The position numbers and the translations under genes were made by a program. The notes under the pieces are model-generated. The model did not search any database and was not told the DNA's origin. It saw nothing but the letters and a program-made list of their open reading frames with translations. Below, in pieces: positions 39,001 to 52,000 of a stretch of DNA of 64,000 nucleotides (its first letter is position 1; every line of letters begins with the position of its first letter). The stretch comes from Mobula birostris (taxonomy: Eukaryota). The stretch covers positions 42,226,613-42,290,612 of the forward strand of contig NC_092397.1 of assembly GCF_030028105.1 (NCBI RefSeq), in the 5' to 3' direction.

Positions 39001-42000
39001 ATCACTGCGTCCTCCTCACAACACATTCTTCCACCCACGTATGTATCATCTGCAAACCTGGAAACCTTATATTTCATTCCTTCCTCTAATTCATTAATGT
39101 CAATAGTATATAACTGAGAGCCGATCTCTCCACTCTAGTTACATCCAAACCCAACCTGATAAGGACCCATGCATTTCAGCATTTTACAACTTGCAGGGAT
39201 TCAGGTTGCTCATCTAGTGAGCCCAAAATAAGTAATAAATCTACTCCACAGCACTTTGATCATATTATAATTTTGAAACTCTTCAATCAGTTGTGTAATT
39301 TTTCTTACATAGGTACTTTGAGCTGGATGTTGAAGCTGGAGTTTTAAAGTCAAATGGAATCAACCCATCGAATGAATCAAGACTGCAATGCACAAAGAGT
39401 TTCAGGAACATATGAATATAGGACGTGGAAGCAAACGTAGACCATTCAGCCCATCACCCCTGTTCAATCATTCAATAATTTCATGGCTGGTCTTTTACCT
39501 CAGCACCATCGTTCTGAACAAACCCAATTCCCATAATAAATAAAAACAGATCTAGTCTTGAACGTGTTCAGCGACTGGGTTTCTGCAATGATTAAATAAC
39601 TTTGGGGAGAAGAAATTTCTTGTCACCTTTTCTCAGATTGATCCCCTACTTTGAGACAGTCAGGAACCCCAACAAGTCCACATCTACCTCGTTAAGCCCC
39701 TTAAGAGCTAATGAAAGAGAAACATTACAAATTGTAGGAGCCCTCTATTCTGTGCTGGGCATTTATTATGTGTATATGGTAACTCGTCACATTAGTGGGG
39801 ATGTGGCAAAAGCAAAGGGAATATGTTACTTATAGATGCTTATTTTTGGGACCATGAAGGTCATATCTTTGCTGATTGCTGAGATAACACTCAATAATGC
39901 TAATTGCTAATTAAGGAACAGAATGAGGAATTCGAATCTTTGGAGCAGTGGCGTGTCACACAAGTATAACAACGCTGTGGAGTCGCAGGCTGATAGCAAT
40001 TGTTTTGTTTTGATTTTGGATCCGTTTTGCCACTACACAAACCTTCCCACAGCTTGCTTTCCAAAGAATGAATTCTTTTTAAATTTAAATATGGGCATAA
40101 GGGAATGTCGACAGGATAAGATTGTTGGTCCACTGAGTCTATCGGACAGCATTTTTAATACACTAAGAACATTCTCATTTCCAATCCCCAGCCATTAATG
40201 GTGAAATTACTAAATTTACTAGCCGTTCTTTCTAGTATTTCTTTCAGGAATTTTTGTGTACTAAAAAGCCATTTGCACAATTACTAAATCATTATGTTCA
40301 CGAGTATTTTGGCATACTAATTAACTGAATAAGCAGCTTTCAATGCCCCAGATAATGAAAGCCAATATTCAATATGGTTTTTGTCTCGCTATGCTGCCAT
40401 CTTCCAAGGCTCTTTGGTCTTGCAGACCAAGATCCATCCCTTCCTCGATACTTCCAATGATCGGACTATCCATGGTGTATGTCCCAGCCTCCTTAATACT
40501 CCCAAAACACATCACATTATGTTTATCAGTGCTAATATTATCAGCCATTTCTCAAACATGCACACAAAATGTTGGAGGAACTCAGCAGGTCAGGCAGCAT
40601 CTAAGGAAATGAAAGAAGAACATAGAACACAGAAATCTGCAGCACATTACAGGCCCTTCGGCTCACAATGTTGTGCCAATCGTGTAACCTACTCTACAGA
40701 CTGCCTAGAATTTCCCTACCATGTAGCCCTCTATTTGTCTAGGCTCTACGTACCTATCTAAGAGTATCTTAAAAGACACTATTATATCCGCTTCCACCAC
40801 CACCACCAGCAGTGCAGTCCACGCACCCACCAGTCTGTGTGAAAAACTTACCCCTGATGTCCCCTCGGTACCCATTTCCAAGCACCTTAAAACTATGCCC
40901 CCTTGTGTTAGCCATTCCATCCCTGGGAAAAAGCCTCCGGCTATCCACACGATCAATGCCCCTCATTATCTTATAGACCTCTATCAGGTCACCTCTCATC
41001 CTCCATCGCTCCAAGCAGAAAAGGCCAAGTACTCTCAACCTATTCTCATAAGATACGCTCTCCAATCCAGGTAACATCCTTGTAAATCTCTTATGCACTC
41101 TCTCTATAGTATCCACGTCCTTCCTGTAGTGAGGTGACCAGAACTGAACACAGTACTCCAATTGGGGTCTGACCAAGGTCCTATATAGCTGTAACATTAC
41201 CTCTCGGCTCTTGAACTCAATCCTATGGTTGATGAATACCAATACACCATACGCCTTCTTAACAACACTGTCAACCCGCGCAGCAGCTTTGAGTGTCCTA
41301 TCAACACAGACCCCAAGATCTCTCAGATCCTCCACACTGCCAAGAGTCTTACCATTTATATTATATTCTGTCTTCAAATTGGACCTAACAAAATGAACCA
41401 CTTCACATTTATCTGGGTTGAACTCCATCTACCACTTCTCAGCCCAGTTCTGCATCCCATCAATGTCCCACTGTAACCTCTGACAACCCTCCAGACTACC
41501 TACAGCACCCCCAACCTTTGTGTCATCAGCAAACTTACTAACCCACCTTTCTACTTCTTCATCCAGGTCATTTGTAAAAGTCACAAAGAGGAGGGGTCCC
41601 AGAACAGATCCCTGCAGAACACCACTGGTCACCGACCTCCATACAGAATATGAACCATCTACGACCACCCTTTGTCTTCTGCTGGCAAGCCAATTCTGGA
41701 TCACAAAGCAGGGTCTCCTTGGATCCCATGCCTCCTTACTTCCTGAAGGAGCCTTTCATGGGGAACCTTTTCAAATGCCTTACTGAAATCCATATACACT
41801 ACTTCCACTACTCTACCTTCAAAGTGTTTCATTACATCCTCAAAGAATTCAATCAGGCTCATGAGGCACGACCTTCCCTTGACAAAGCCATGCAGGCTAT
41901 CCCTAATCAGATTATTTCTCTCCAAATGCTCATAAATCACACCTTTCAGGACCTTCTCCAACAACTTGCACACCACTGAAGTTAGACTCACTTGTCTACA

Positions 42001-45000
42001 ATCTCCTAGGTTATCTCTGCTCCTTTTCTTGAACAAGGGAACAACATTTGCAACCCTCCAATCCTCCGGTACTTCTCCGGTCCCTATTGATGACACAAAG
42101 ATCATCACAAGAGGCTCAGCAATCTCCTCCCTCGCTTCTCACAGTAGCCTAGAGTATACCTCATCCGGTCCCAGTGACTTTTCTAACTTCATACTTTTCA
42201 AAAGCTCCAGCACATCCTCTTTCTTAATATCTATATATTCCCAAGTGTTTCAGTCCGCTGTAAGTCATTCCTGCAATTGCCAAGGTCTTTTTCCCTGGTG
42301 AATAGGGAAATGCACAGTGCCCCAGCCTTAACTCAGTCCACGCAGTCTCCTCTCTTCTGTATCCGCTACCTACCCGAGTACCTGCAACACTCTTTTGTAT
42401 TTGATATAAATGCCTCCCTTTCCCCTCCCTGTCCCATCTTTCTTGCCACATTTGGTTGATCTTTTTCCCAGATTACACACTTAAGCTCTGCTTTACTGAT
42501 ACAAATGTGCATTTCTATATTTTCTTTCTTTAACGCCCTCTTTGACAACTCATCCACCCTCTCATTTCCCTTCACCCCTACATATGCTGGAACCCAGAGA
42601 AATTTTACCTGACCTCCCTGATTTGCAATTCTTGTGACTGACTGAAGGACTTCATAAAGTACACCTTGCTGACTGTTTGAGTGAAAAGACCTTAAACTTG
42701 CTAGAACTGAGGATGAATCTGAGCATATCAACACTTTAACTTGTCTAGCTTTCTCCACCCATCGCAACGCAACCAACACTACCAGCTTCTCTACTTTTAC
42801 AGTTTCAAGATAACAAAAAAGGAAAAGGGCCCGAAGCAAAAGTTTGGGCACCCTGCATGGTCAGTACTTAGCAACACCCCCTTTGGCAAGTATCACAGTT
42901 TGTAAACACTTTCTGTAGCCAGCTGAGAGACCTTCAATTCTTGTTTGGGGGATTTTTACCCATGCTTCCTTGCAAAAGGCTTCTAGTTCTGTGAGATTCT
43001 CGGGCCATCTTGCACGCACTGCTCTTTTCAGGTCTATCCACAGATTTTCGATGATGTTTAAGTCGGGGGACTTTCAGGGACATGGCAAAACCTTCAGCTT
43101 GCGCCTCTTGTGGTAGTCAATTGTGGATTTTGAGGTGTGTTTAGGATCATTATCCTGTTGTAGAAGCCATCCTCTTTTCATCTTTAGCTTTCTTACAGAT
43201 GGTGTGATGTTTGCTTCCAGAATTTGCTGGTATTTAATTGAATTCATTCTTCCCTCTACCAGTGAAATGTTCCCCGTGCCACAGGCTGCAACAGAAGTCC
43301 AAAGTATGATTGATCCACCCCTGGGCTTAGCAGTTGGAGAGGTGTTCTTTTCACGAAATTCTGCACCCTTTTTTCTCCAAACATACCTTTTCTCATTGCG
43401 GCCAATAAGTTCTATTTTAACTTCATCAGGGTTTGTTTCCAAAATGCATCAGGCTTGCTTAGATATTCCTTTGCAAACTTCTGACCCTGAATTTTGTGGT
43501 GAGGACGCAGGAAAGATTTTCTTCTGATGACTCTTCCATGAAGGTCATATTTGTGCAGTGTCGCTGCACAGTAGGTCAGTGCACCACCACTCCAGAGTCT
43601 GCTAAATCTTCTTGAAGGTCTTTTGCAGTCAAACAGGGGTTTTGATTTGCCTTTCTAGCAATCCTACGAGCAGTTTTCTCGGAAAGTTTTTTTGGCCTTC
43701 CCGTCTTCAACTTGACCTCCACCGTTCCTGTTAACTGCCATTTCTTAATTACATTATGAACTGAGGAAATAGCTACCTGAAAACGCTTTGCTATTTTCTC
43801 ATAGCCTTCTCCTGCTTTGTGGGCATCATTTATTTTAATTTTCAGAGTGCTAGGCAGCTGCTCAGAGGAGCCCATGGCTGCTGATTGTTGGGCCAAGGTT
43901 TGAGGAGTCAGGGTATTTATAAAGCTTTGAAATTTGTAATTAAAATTAAGTAAATAAGTACATAGGGATTGGATAATTATGTCTGCGGGCAGGAGCAAGC
44001 ATGAACAAATTAGGATATAAACACCTACAATGGTTGATACATAGGCTTATATACAACATTTTGGACCAGTGGAAATGGTCCAGAAGGGTTATATGGAAAC
44101 TATTATTACCATTTTTCTTAAGAACTAATTCTATTACTTAGCCTAATAGCTTAGATTTACCACAGTACATAATTATCTATTTAAATGTTTATTTTCCTTT
44201 TATATCATCTCAATGTGTACTTAAGAATGTATAAATAATTGTAGTTTTATACATATAAAAAAATGGAAAAGGTTATATGTGTGAAAAAAGTACATTATAT
44301 TTGTGAATTCCTTATCCAAATAAAAATAAAATTAAAAAAAAAGAAATTTGCATCACCTGGCCTTTCCTAATGACGACTTGTTAGCCATAGCCCTAACAAG
44401 CTAATTAAGGTCTGAGACCTTGGTAAAAGTTATCGGAGAGCTCAAATCTCTTGGAGTGCCCAAACTTTTGCATGGTGCTCCTTTCCTGTTTTTCACTCTA
44501 AAATTGTACAAAACAAAAATAATACACTAATCTTGCTTAAAATGTTGAAAAGAATGTTTCATCATTAATTTTATGACTTTTGGAGATCAGTTCATCTTCT
44601 ACTCACTTAACTATTCACAGTAACAGAAATTTTGACCAGGGGTGCCCAAACTTTTGCATGCCACTGTAACTGTGACAATATGTCTTACCCAAATGCTCCA
44701 AAGCAGACACTTGCAAACAGGTAGTAGACTGTGTAGGACACCAGTGAGCAGAGCAGCAAGTTCAGCAGGATAGTCTAGGAAAATGCAAACCAACATGGAT
44801 TAGTTTTTTGCTAAGTTGTTTTTTCATTTACTACTTATTGAGATACAGTGTGGATAGGCCCTTCTGGCCCTTTGAACCACGCCGCCCAGCAATCTCCAGA
44901 TTTAATCCTAGCCTATTCATCGGACAACTTACAATAAGCAATTAACCTACTAATAGATACGCCTTTGAACTGTGGGAGGAAACCGGAGCACCTGGAAGAA

Positions 45001-48000
45001 ACCCACGCAGTCATGGGCAGTATGTAAAAACTCTGACAGACAGCAGTGGGAATTCATTAGAAGCTTCGAGGAGATTTTGGTATATCACCAAAGACTCTCG
45101 CAAATTTCCACCGCCGGGCAGCGGAGAACATTCTGACTGGCTGCATCACCGTCTGGTGTTGTGGGGCTCCAACGTGCAGGATCAACGGAGGCTGCAGAGC
45201 ATGGTGGGCAACCCTCGCTTCCATCAAAATCAAGTGCACAGCTAATGGCAGGACCCTTAAGAGAAATGGTTTACGGAGTGTTCCTGGGGTCCACGGAACT
45301 GAACATTTGCCGGACACTTTGATAGGGGAGTAAAGAAGGCTTACCGGTCGAGGCACAATACCCAAACTGCTGGAGAAACTCAGCAGGCCAGGCAGCATCT
45401 ACGGAAACGAATAAACTGTTGAAGTTTTGGGCCGAGACCCTTCTTCAGGACTAAAGGCTGATTTATACTCATGTGTCAAATCGACACCATAGGTACGGCA
45501 TAGCCGCGAACCCTATGCAGTGCCTACGCGGATCCCTACGCCCTAGCCTGACGTGCACCTCTCTCAAAATGTACCTACGTGTCGCGGCAATGCAGAATGC
45601 AAACCGCAACAACTGTGATTGGTCTGCTTGGTAGCATCACATTTCCTCCTACGCTGCAATAGCTTCCCAGTGGGCGACTGAAACGCAGGGAAGGAACTCT
45701 GGCTGCAATGCTTTCCATAAAGCTTTACAGACCTCCAAAATTATGGAGGACACATTTCACTTTTATGAAAAAGGACTCTCCCTTTAAACTTGTTTACCCC
45801 GAGAAAGACTACCATGACCATGAAGCTCAGGATTGTATATGGTGACATATACTGAACATACTTATATATGTGTGTGTGTATTTCTCTCTCTCTCTCTCTC
45901 ATGTGCATGTGTGCGCGTGTATGGATTTGTCTCCATGGTCACCCTAGATGGACAATTATATGAAATATTTTGTGACGCACTTGCCATTTCTCTCCAGAAA
46001 ACATGCAATTCCCATAGTTGTGGAGTAACACCAACAGGACTATGAAGGTCCCAATTTTGAACATATTTTGATCGTCTCCTGCTAGGATTCCTCATGTGTT
46101 TATTACTGGAACAAGATACTGACAATTTTTTACTTTTGTGATTTCTAGGGAAAGCTAACACTCTTACATTCTCCCAAAATACCACGAACACATAGCCGAG
46201 ATTTGTTGTTATAAGGACTAAAACTCCTCAACATCTCGTTTCCAAAAATTTATCAATTTTGTGTAATTATTCAATACTCACAACTAATGCAAGAATGGTG
46301 ACACAGTAGCATAGTGGTTAGCACATCGATTTACAGTACAGGCGACCCGGGTTCAATTCCCGCTGCTGCCTGTAAGGAGTTTGTATGTTCTCCCCGTGAC
46401 TGCGTGGGTTTTCTCTGGGTGCTCTGGTCTCCTCCCGCAATCCAAAGACATACTGGTTGACAGGTTAATTGCTCATTGTAAACTGTCCTGTGATTAGGAT
46501 GGGATTAAGTCGGGGGTTGTTGGCCAGTGCAGCTCTAAAGGCTGGATGGGCCTATTCCATGCTATTTTATGAAATAATTAATTAGATTAGTTGGTGCACC
46601 AAGGCGGCGTGCAGTGTAACCATGGGCAATTGTTTTGGACATTTCAGATTAGATTTGATTCAACTTTATTGTCATTGTGCCGAGTACAGATACAAAGCCA
46701 ATGAAATGCATTTAGCATCTGACCAGAAATGCAAACAATAATGTTATTTACAAAATTAACTGCAAATAAGAAAAGTGCTACAGCACACAAATATAAAAGC
46801 ACTGAGACAGTACAATACGGATGCAATACTGCTTAGCGCTGTGATGTAATAACATTTTAACCAATGTTTTATTTCAAATAACATGTGCCTGTTGAAAACG
46901 TAAGGGGAAACGCATTCTGTTTTCCACATTCATGGAACACGTCCAGTTTAGGAGTAAGCGCTGGACTAAAAATACTGTGTAGTGAACCAGTGCCTTATGA
47001 CTGCAGGAATTTTGAAAACCGGGTCTTTTTTTCCCTCTCCATGTATTTGCACAGTATTCTGCCTTTTTCACTTTATTGTAATGCTGTTTAGAGATATGCA
47101 CCCATTGGGGAGCAGAGGGAAGCGTGAATGCCTGCTTCTGCTCCCAACAGATGATGTGAGAGTCTGGGCTCTAACAGCCACCTTCATCAAATGAGAAGCC
47201 AGCAATCTGCTCACTCCCAAAACCATACCTTTGTTCCAAGGACACTGTCTCTGAAGGCCATTTAAAGAGCTAAAGGATTCTGAATTGCGCTGAGACTTAT
47301 TCCTTCTCATTCTTTTGGCTTCACGATCCTCGGCCGAAGGAGAGAAACAGTGCTGCCCATAGGACGAGTTGACAGCAGAGGAGTTAATTCTGGATATCAC
47401 CAACCCCAACAACCGCAGATCCCAAACTGTGTACCTTGCCAGTAGAATTTAACGAAGGACAAAATACTGCAGAAAACCTGAAGTAAAGAACAAAAATGCT
47501 GTCATCTTCAGAAAGTAATTGGTTTACAATTGTCATAAGAGACAGTGTTGGAGATTAAGAATGAAGGCCTTTCCTCATTTATTTTTAAAATAATAACAAT
47601 TGTGGAACTTGTTGCTACAGGCGGTCATGACCAGGATAATGTTCAGTAAATGTCAATGTAGTACCTACAGGGGAATGGGGTAGATGGCTCTTTTGAAGTG
47701 CAGGTACGGTTTGAGTCTATCCCATTTAAAATGACAAACGGGAAAAAGGAGAGCAAGAAGGGAGGTCATTCGGCCCTTAGAGAATACTCTGCCATCCAAA
47801 ATGAACATTCTTTACCTCAGCACCAATTTTCCATTGATGCCTTTTGTGTCTAGAAATCTAGCTACCCTCTTAGCCTCTGCATCCTTCCATATTAAGATTC
47901 AATAGTTATATTTCTCCTAAAACATCTTTTCCCACATTCTGAGACTGTTATTTATTGATTGATTGATTGTTTCTGATACTGCATGGAATAGGCCATCACA

Positions 48001-48631
48001 GAAACGCTGAACAACCGTACCATCGACTGTAAACGATGGAGAGAGGAGGTCATCAATGGCGTATGCTCCACTGGGAGCTAAAGGCCCCAGAAGATGAAAA
48101 CTATATTAAAGGTAAATATGACGTTGTTTCAATATTGTAATCCCCTGTCAACATTGCTGCCCCTTCTCCCCACAAAAAGCCGCCGCCTGTTTTTGTCACA
48201 GACAAGAGAAAATCTGCTGACGCTGGAAATCCAAACAACACACACAAACTGCTGGAGGAACTCAGCAGACCAGGCAGCATCTGTGAAAAGGAGTACAGTT
48301 GACGCTTCAGGCTGAGACCCTTTGAGCTGAGAATCCGCCCAAAACATCGACTGTACTCTTTTCCTTAGATGCTGCCTGGCTTGCTGAGTTCCTCCAGCGT
48401 TTTGTGTGTACTGCCTGTTTTTCTCTCTCCGTCATCCAATCAAGCACTGATCCTTTTTTCAGATACTCTTTTTGAAGTAATTCAAAATTCAACAATCTAA
48501 ATTAATATATTAATTTTGCATAATTCGATATTTACATGTTAGTATCTTAGCATCTTCCTGACAAAACAAGTTTGATAGTACAAGCTTCTAAGGGAAATTT
48601 CTAATCACTCACCTCTCTCTGTTTTCACCAT
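35921..48631 (-). CDS. TMEM244: Transmembrane protein 244-like (SYS1 family), spliced gene model of 157 aa
   Basis: Join 48631-48613, 47466-47435, 44774-44689, 39382-39309, 38591-38466, 37045-37001, 36012-35921; all introns GT-AG and phase-compatible; protein [157 protein letters not shown]; the first two exons are tentative. Confidence 0.85.
37001..37045 (-). CDS. TMEM244: TMEM244-like exon (45 bp)
   Basis: tttccag / gtgag; [16 protein letters not shown] resembles human VMLEFPLTSHWWAALG (from memory). Confidence 0.9.
37282..37575 (+). mobile_element. V-SINE inserted in a CR1 3' end
   Basis: V-core GGGTTTCCTCCGGGTGCTCTGGTTTTCTCCC; (AAAC)n tail. Confidence 0.85.
38466..38591 (-). CDS. TMEM244: TMEM244-like exon (126 bp)
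   Basis: ctcctag / gtaag; [41 protein letters not shown]. Confidence 0.93.
39309..39382 (-). CDS. TMEM244: TMEM244-like exon (74 bp)
   Basis: ttgcag / gtaag; [24 protein letters not shown] with the PFDFKT motif. Confidence 0.93.
40620..42305 (-). mobile_element. CR1 ORF2 RT domain to 3' end (intronic)
   Basis: [49 protein letters not shown] across three broken ORFs. Confidence 0.95.
42310..42797 (-). mobile_element. I/Nimb-group LINE RNase H fragment
   Basis: ICSDSSSVL...[24 protein letters not shown] RNase H motifs. Confidence 0.85.
42800..44666 (-). mobile_element. Tc1 transposon (IR/DR type), defective DD34E transposase
   Basis: TA|CAGT...ACTG|TA ends; repeats GCAAAAGTTTGGGCAC at ~42836, ~44455 and ~44640; HTH region with [31 protein letters not shown]; left inverted repeat internally deleted. 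Confidence 0.93.
43937..44342 (+). mobile_element. Poly(A)-tailed retroposon 3' fragment (L1-like) nested in the Tc1
   Basis: TSD GAAATTTG at 43929-36 and 44343-50; AATAAA plus A-tail. Confidence 0.7.
44689..44774 (-). CDS. TMEM244: TMEM244-like exon (86 bp)
   Basis: tttcctag / gtaag; [28 protein letters not shown]. Confidence 0.92.
44830..45055 (-). mobile_element. V-SINE
   Basis: Reverse V-core TGTGGGAGGAAACCGGAGCACCTGG. Confidence 0.8.
45355..45452 (-). mobile_element. Penelope pseudo-LTR fragment with mutated hammerhead
   Basis: Minus strand AGTCCTGAAGAAGGGTCTCGGCCCAAAAC (GAAA changed to AAAA). Confidence 0.75.
45455..45830. mobile_element. Possible PIF/Harbinger-type DNA transposon end
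   Basis: TAA followed by AGGCTGATTTATACT terminus; partner end not found. Confidence 0.35.
46297..46575 (+). mobile_element. V-SINE
   Basis: TAGCATAGTGG A-box, GGTTCAATTCC B-box, V-core. Confidence 0.85.
47435..47466 (-). CDS. TMEM244-like putative second coding exon (32 bp)
   Basis: ttttctgcag / gtacac; phase-compatible only, little homology support. Confidence 0.5.
48200..48410. mobile_element. Fold-back Penelope pseudo-LTR mini-element, older copy
   Basis: Inverted arms ACACACAAACTGCTGGAGGAACTCAGC... / ...GCTGAGTTCCTCCAGCGTTTTGTGTGT. Confidence 0.8.
48613..48631 (-). CDS. TMEM244-like putative start-codon exon
   Basis: ATGGTGAAAACAGAGAGAG|GTGAGT; GC box, CCAAT and CRE-like motifs at 48720-48747 just upstream. 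Confidence 0.5.
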
Positions 48632-48909
48632 CAATGTCTGAATGTAAATAACAGTTGCTTCGTCATTATGATGTACCTGACGGAGAGAATGCAAGATCCG
48701 GAATTAGAATGCTCTATTATGATGTCACAATCGTATCCAATGGGCGGATAGAATGGTTTTGGAATAAGTATTTTTAAACATATTGTTATTTCATTTATTA
48801 CTATGCACTTCCGAAAGCTGTCATACTTTACTGCCTTCATTTGCCTTATACATTGCTACTATCTTTTTCCCCAACTCACCTGAACCTGAATTAACAGCAC
48901 CTGCCTGTT

Positions 48910-49084
48910 ACACGGTTGGCGTTTAGGACAGCAATGAAGGTCCTCCATCTCTGAATACGAAGGATTCTTCCTTGCTGCTTTCTTAACAATTGTTTTTTTT
49001 TGACCAGTCATGATTGTTAGCCCCCCGAACCTGGAGGACCAGTGGACTGCTCTTAGTCTGGCCTCTACCCTTTGACCTGTTTGG
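48910..49084. mobile_element. RTE-family-derived repeat fragment cut by the Gypsy LTR
   Basis: CCCCGAACCTGGAGGACCAG...CCCTTTGACCTGTTTGG motif, recalled from RTE 5' regions. Confidence 0.5.
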
Positions 49085-52000
49085 TGTTGCACACCTGGAC
49101 ACAAAAGGGACTTCCAGGCGTGCAGAAGTTTAAAATAACGTCTTTATTTTCCTTTCTGGAAACACCGGAACACAGCGCATTGGCTTTCCACGCATGCTGC
49201 TGGGCCATCTCCATCTACTCCATCACGTGCGCACTCCCATGCCCCCAGGACCCCTCAGCTGCCCCAAGTACCTGTTAAGCTTTGCTCCTTGTAACCATCA
49301 ACCAACCCACAAAAATATTACCGTTGCTAGTGCAACTGAACATTAATCAAATTGTGAATGAATCAAATAACAAACCAAAGCAATAAAAATAATATGAACA
49401 TAATATAAGAAAATTAGGGGGGTATCCAGTGTCCATTAATATGCTCCACATTACTATGGGTCCCACACTCTCCCCTTCAAAATAAATGTCGTCCCGACAT
49501 TATAGATTTCTCAGGGTACTCATGTCTTCAACTGGTGAGTTATAGTGGTAGGTTATAAAGGAGTCAGTCTTTCGGGATACTCTCTGTACAGCAACAGTCT
49601 TTGACATGACAAACATCTCCCTCTTTATGTCACGTGTCAGCAACAGGCATCACTGGGCAGATGATATCTTCAGTGCTACTCTGCTACTTGTGTGGGCTGT
49701 GTACCTCGGACTGAAGGTTTTGACCCTATATCTACCCCATAACCCTTTACACAGACCCACATGTCCTACTGTATGTCTCACCCATGTTCCAGTGTCCTTC
49801 TATATATCAGCGGTCTGTGTTCGACTGATGGTTGCCCCAATGTGTTGTATGTGAGAGTCTTGGCTGGGTTTCTTTGTCGGAAAGGATACTTTCTTATGGG
49901 AGTTGACCGCTGCTCAAGACCCCTCTCGTCTGCTTCATCAGATGACGACGCCTGCTCAGAGCTCATCTCGTCTGCTTCATCACATAACACCTCTCGCTCA
50001 GCCCCCACAGTTTCTCCATTCTCCATCTCTGGTTCCATCCTACCTTCCTCACCCTCATCTGGACACTCACCTTCCTCACCGCCTTGCTCCAGATCTCTGT
50101 CAGCTGCTTGTGGTTGGAACTCCTCTGCTTCCACTCTCAGCTGGCTTCTGAACGGCTCGAATGACTCTGCTGGTCGTGTGGTGATGAATCTCCAGTTACA
50201 CTCATCCTCTGAACCATTGTGCCCATCTCTCTCCTTCTGCCTTTCCCTCTTCTCATCTGTGTTTGGCTTTTTCTTTCGCGTCTTCTTTTTCCCCTGCTCA
50301 TCTTCTTCCAGGGGCAGAAAGTCACAGGGCAGTAGCAGATTCCTGTGTCGGACTCTAGTCTTTCCTGGGTCTCTCTCAGGTCGTACAACATAGACAGGAC
50401 TGTCCTTGTGCTTCCTCTCGGTTACGATGTGGACTCGCTCCTCCCAATAAGACCTGAGCTTCCCGGGTCCTCCTCTGTCCCTGAAGCTCCACACTAATAC
50501 TCTACACCCTGGCTGTAGTTCCACTCCATCAGTCTTCCGGTCATACTGCTTCTTTTCTCTCCCTCTGAGCTGTCTTTGATGCCAGCCCGTATGCCTCTTG
50601 CATCTGTCTTCTCCACTTACTGGCATATTCGCTGTGAGGAGTGCTCTGGTCACCCCTCGGCACGATGTGGATCAGCTCATTTGCCTTTTTGCAGTCAATG
50701 GAAAAAGCGTCTCTTACCACAGCAGGTGTAACTTCTGGATGCTGCTCCACTCCATTCATCACCAGCTGCTTGATGACATTGTAGCCGATGATCGGTGGCT
50801 CTGCTACTCCGGGCTCATTGCAGACAAGCACCAGCACAAGCAGCTCTGGCGTTGGGCCCCTACGTGACCCCAACTTGAACTTCAGCTCAACCCATCCTGC
50901 AAAGGGTACAGGTGTTTGGTTTGCTGCTTTGCCCACAAGTTTCTCGTTCTCACCCAGGAGCTCACCCGTGTTCCGTACCCCGATGTGTGGAAAACCCGAC
51001 CCTCTCCACTTTTCATTGATAATAGTGACCTGTGAGCTGGTATCCCATAGTGCTTGTGTTGCTACTCCCTCACAGAAACAATCCACCGTGCACTTCTCCC
51101 CGATGAGAGCTGTCAGCTCGGCTTGGTGAAGTAAAGAGAGATGACTGGCATAGTTAGCACCCACCGTCTGTTCAGCCTTCCCAATTTTCTCTAACTCCAC
51201 CTCCAGCTGCCTGACTCTCTCGCAAAGAAACTCATGCACCTTGTCTTCTGGTCCAGCTTGGCTTGGAGCTGATGATTCTGCGATTGTGACAGGCTGGATT
51301 GTCACATTGCCATCAGATTTCCCTGCCAGCCTTCTTCGTCCTCTGCAGCCCCTTGCGAGATGCCCTGTCTGCCACACTTGAAACAGTGTTCACACTGGTC
51401 ACCTGTTCCCCGCTCCTGACATGCTTTACATCCTCTCCTAACATTCATTCTTACCTGGCGGGTGGGTCCTAGAGAGTTAGATATGCTTTTCCTTATTTCA
51501 GCCATTTCTTCTCTCAGCAGCCTGACTGCTTCATAAAGCTCTGTGTCTCTTCAATGAGCTACAGCAGGTGCTTTACGGCTCTCAGGCTTCACAACTTCGT
51601 CTGACTGCTCTAGATCCCCCACCCTGGCTTCGGCTGCACCCTGACTCTGCTGACTGCTCTGCATTTCTGTCTGTAATTCACTTACTTTTGGGACTCTGCT
51701 GCTTGTGTTCTTTCTTTGCTTGGACTGTCTTTCTGATTCAACACTGGCTGCTTCATTCATCCTGTCGATGAGTATTTCATCGGTCACGCTCTGATCGTCG
51801 AGATAAGGCTTAAGCTGAAACCTGATATGGTCACTTGACAGCTAGTACTAACTGACCTCAAGAATCTCTTTTGGATGAGCTCAGGACTGTACGGTTCGTC
51901 TACCCTACTTCTCTTGAAGCAAGTAACAGCCTCTCTTTTAACTCAATTGCTCTAGGAGGAAATTTTGGGGAGACTCACGACTGTCTTGTGTTATGTTTAC

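Noticed and set aside
46297-46370. tRNA-like sequence with A and B boxes
   Set aside because: Head of a V-SINE continuing into the V-core; no complete cloverleaf
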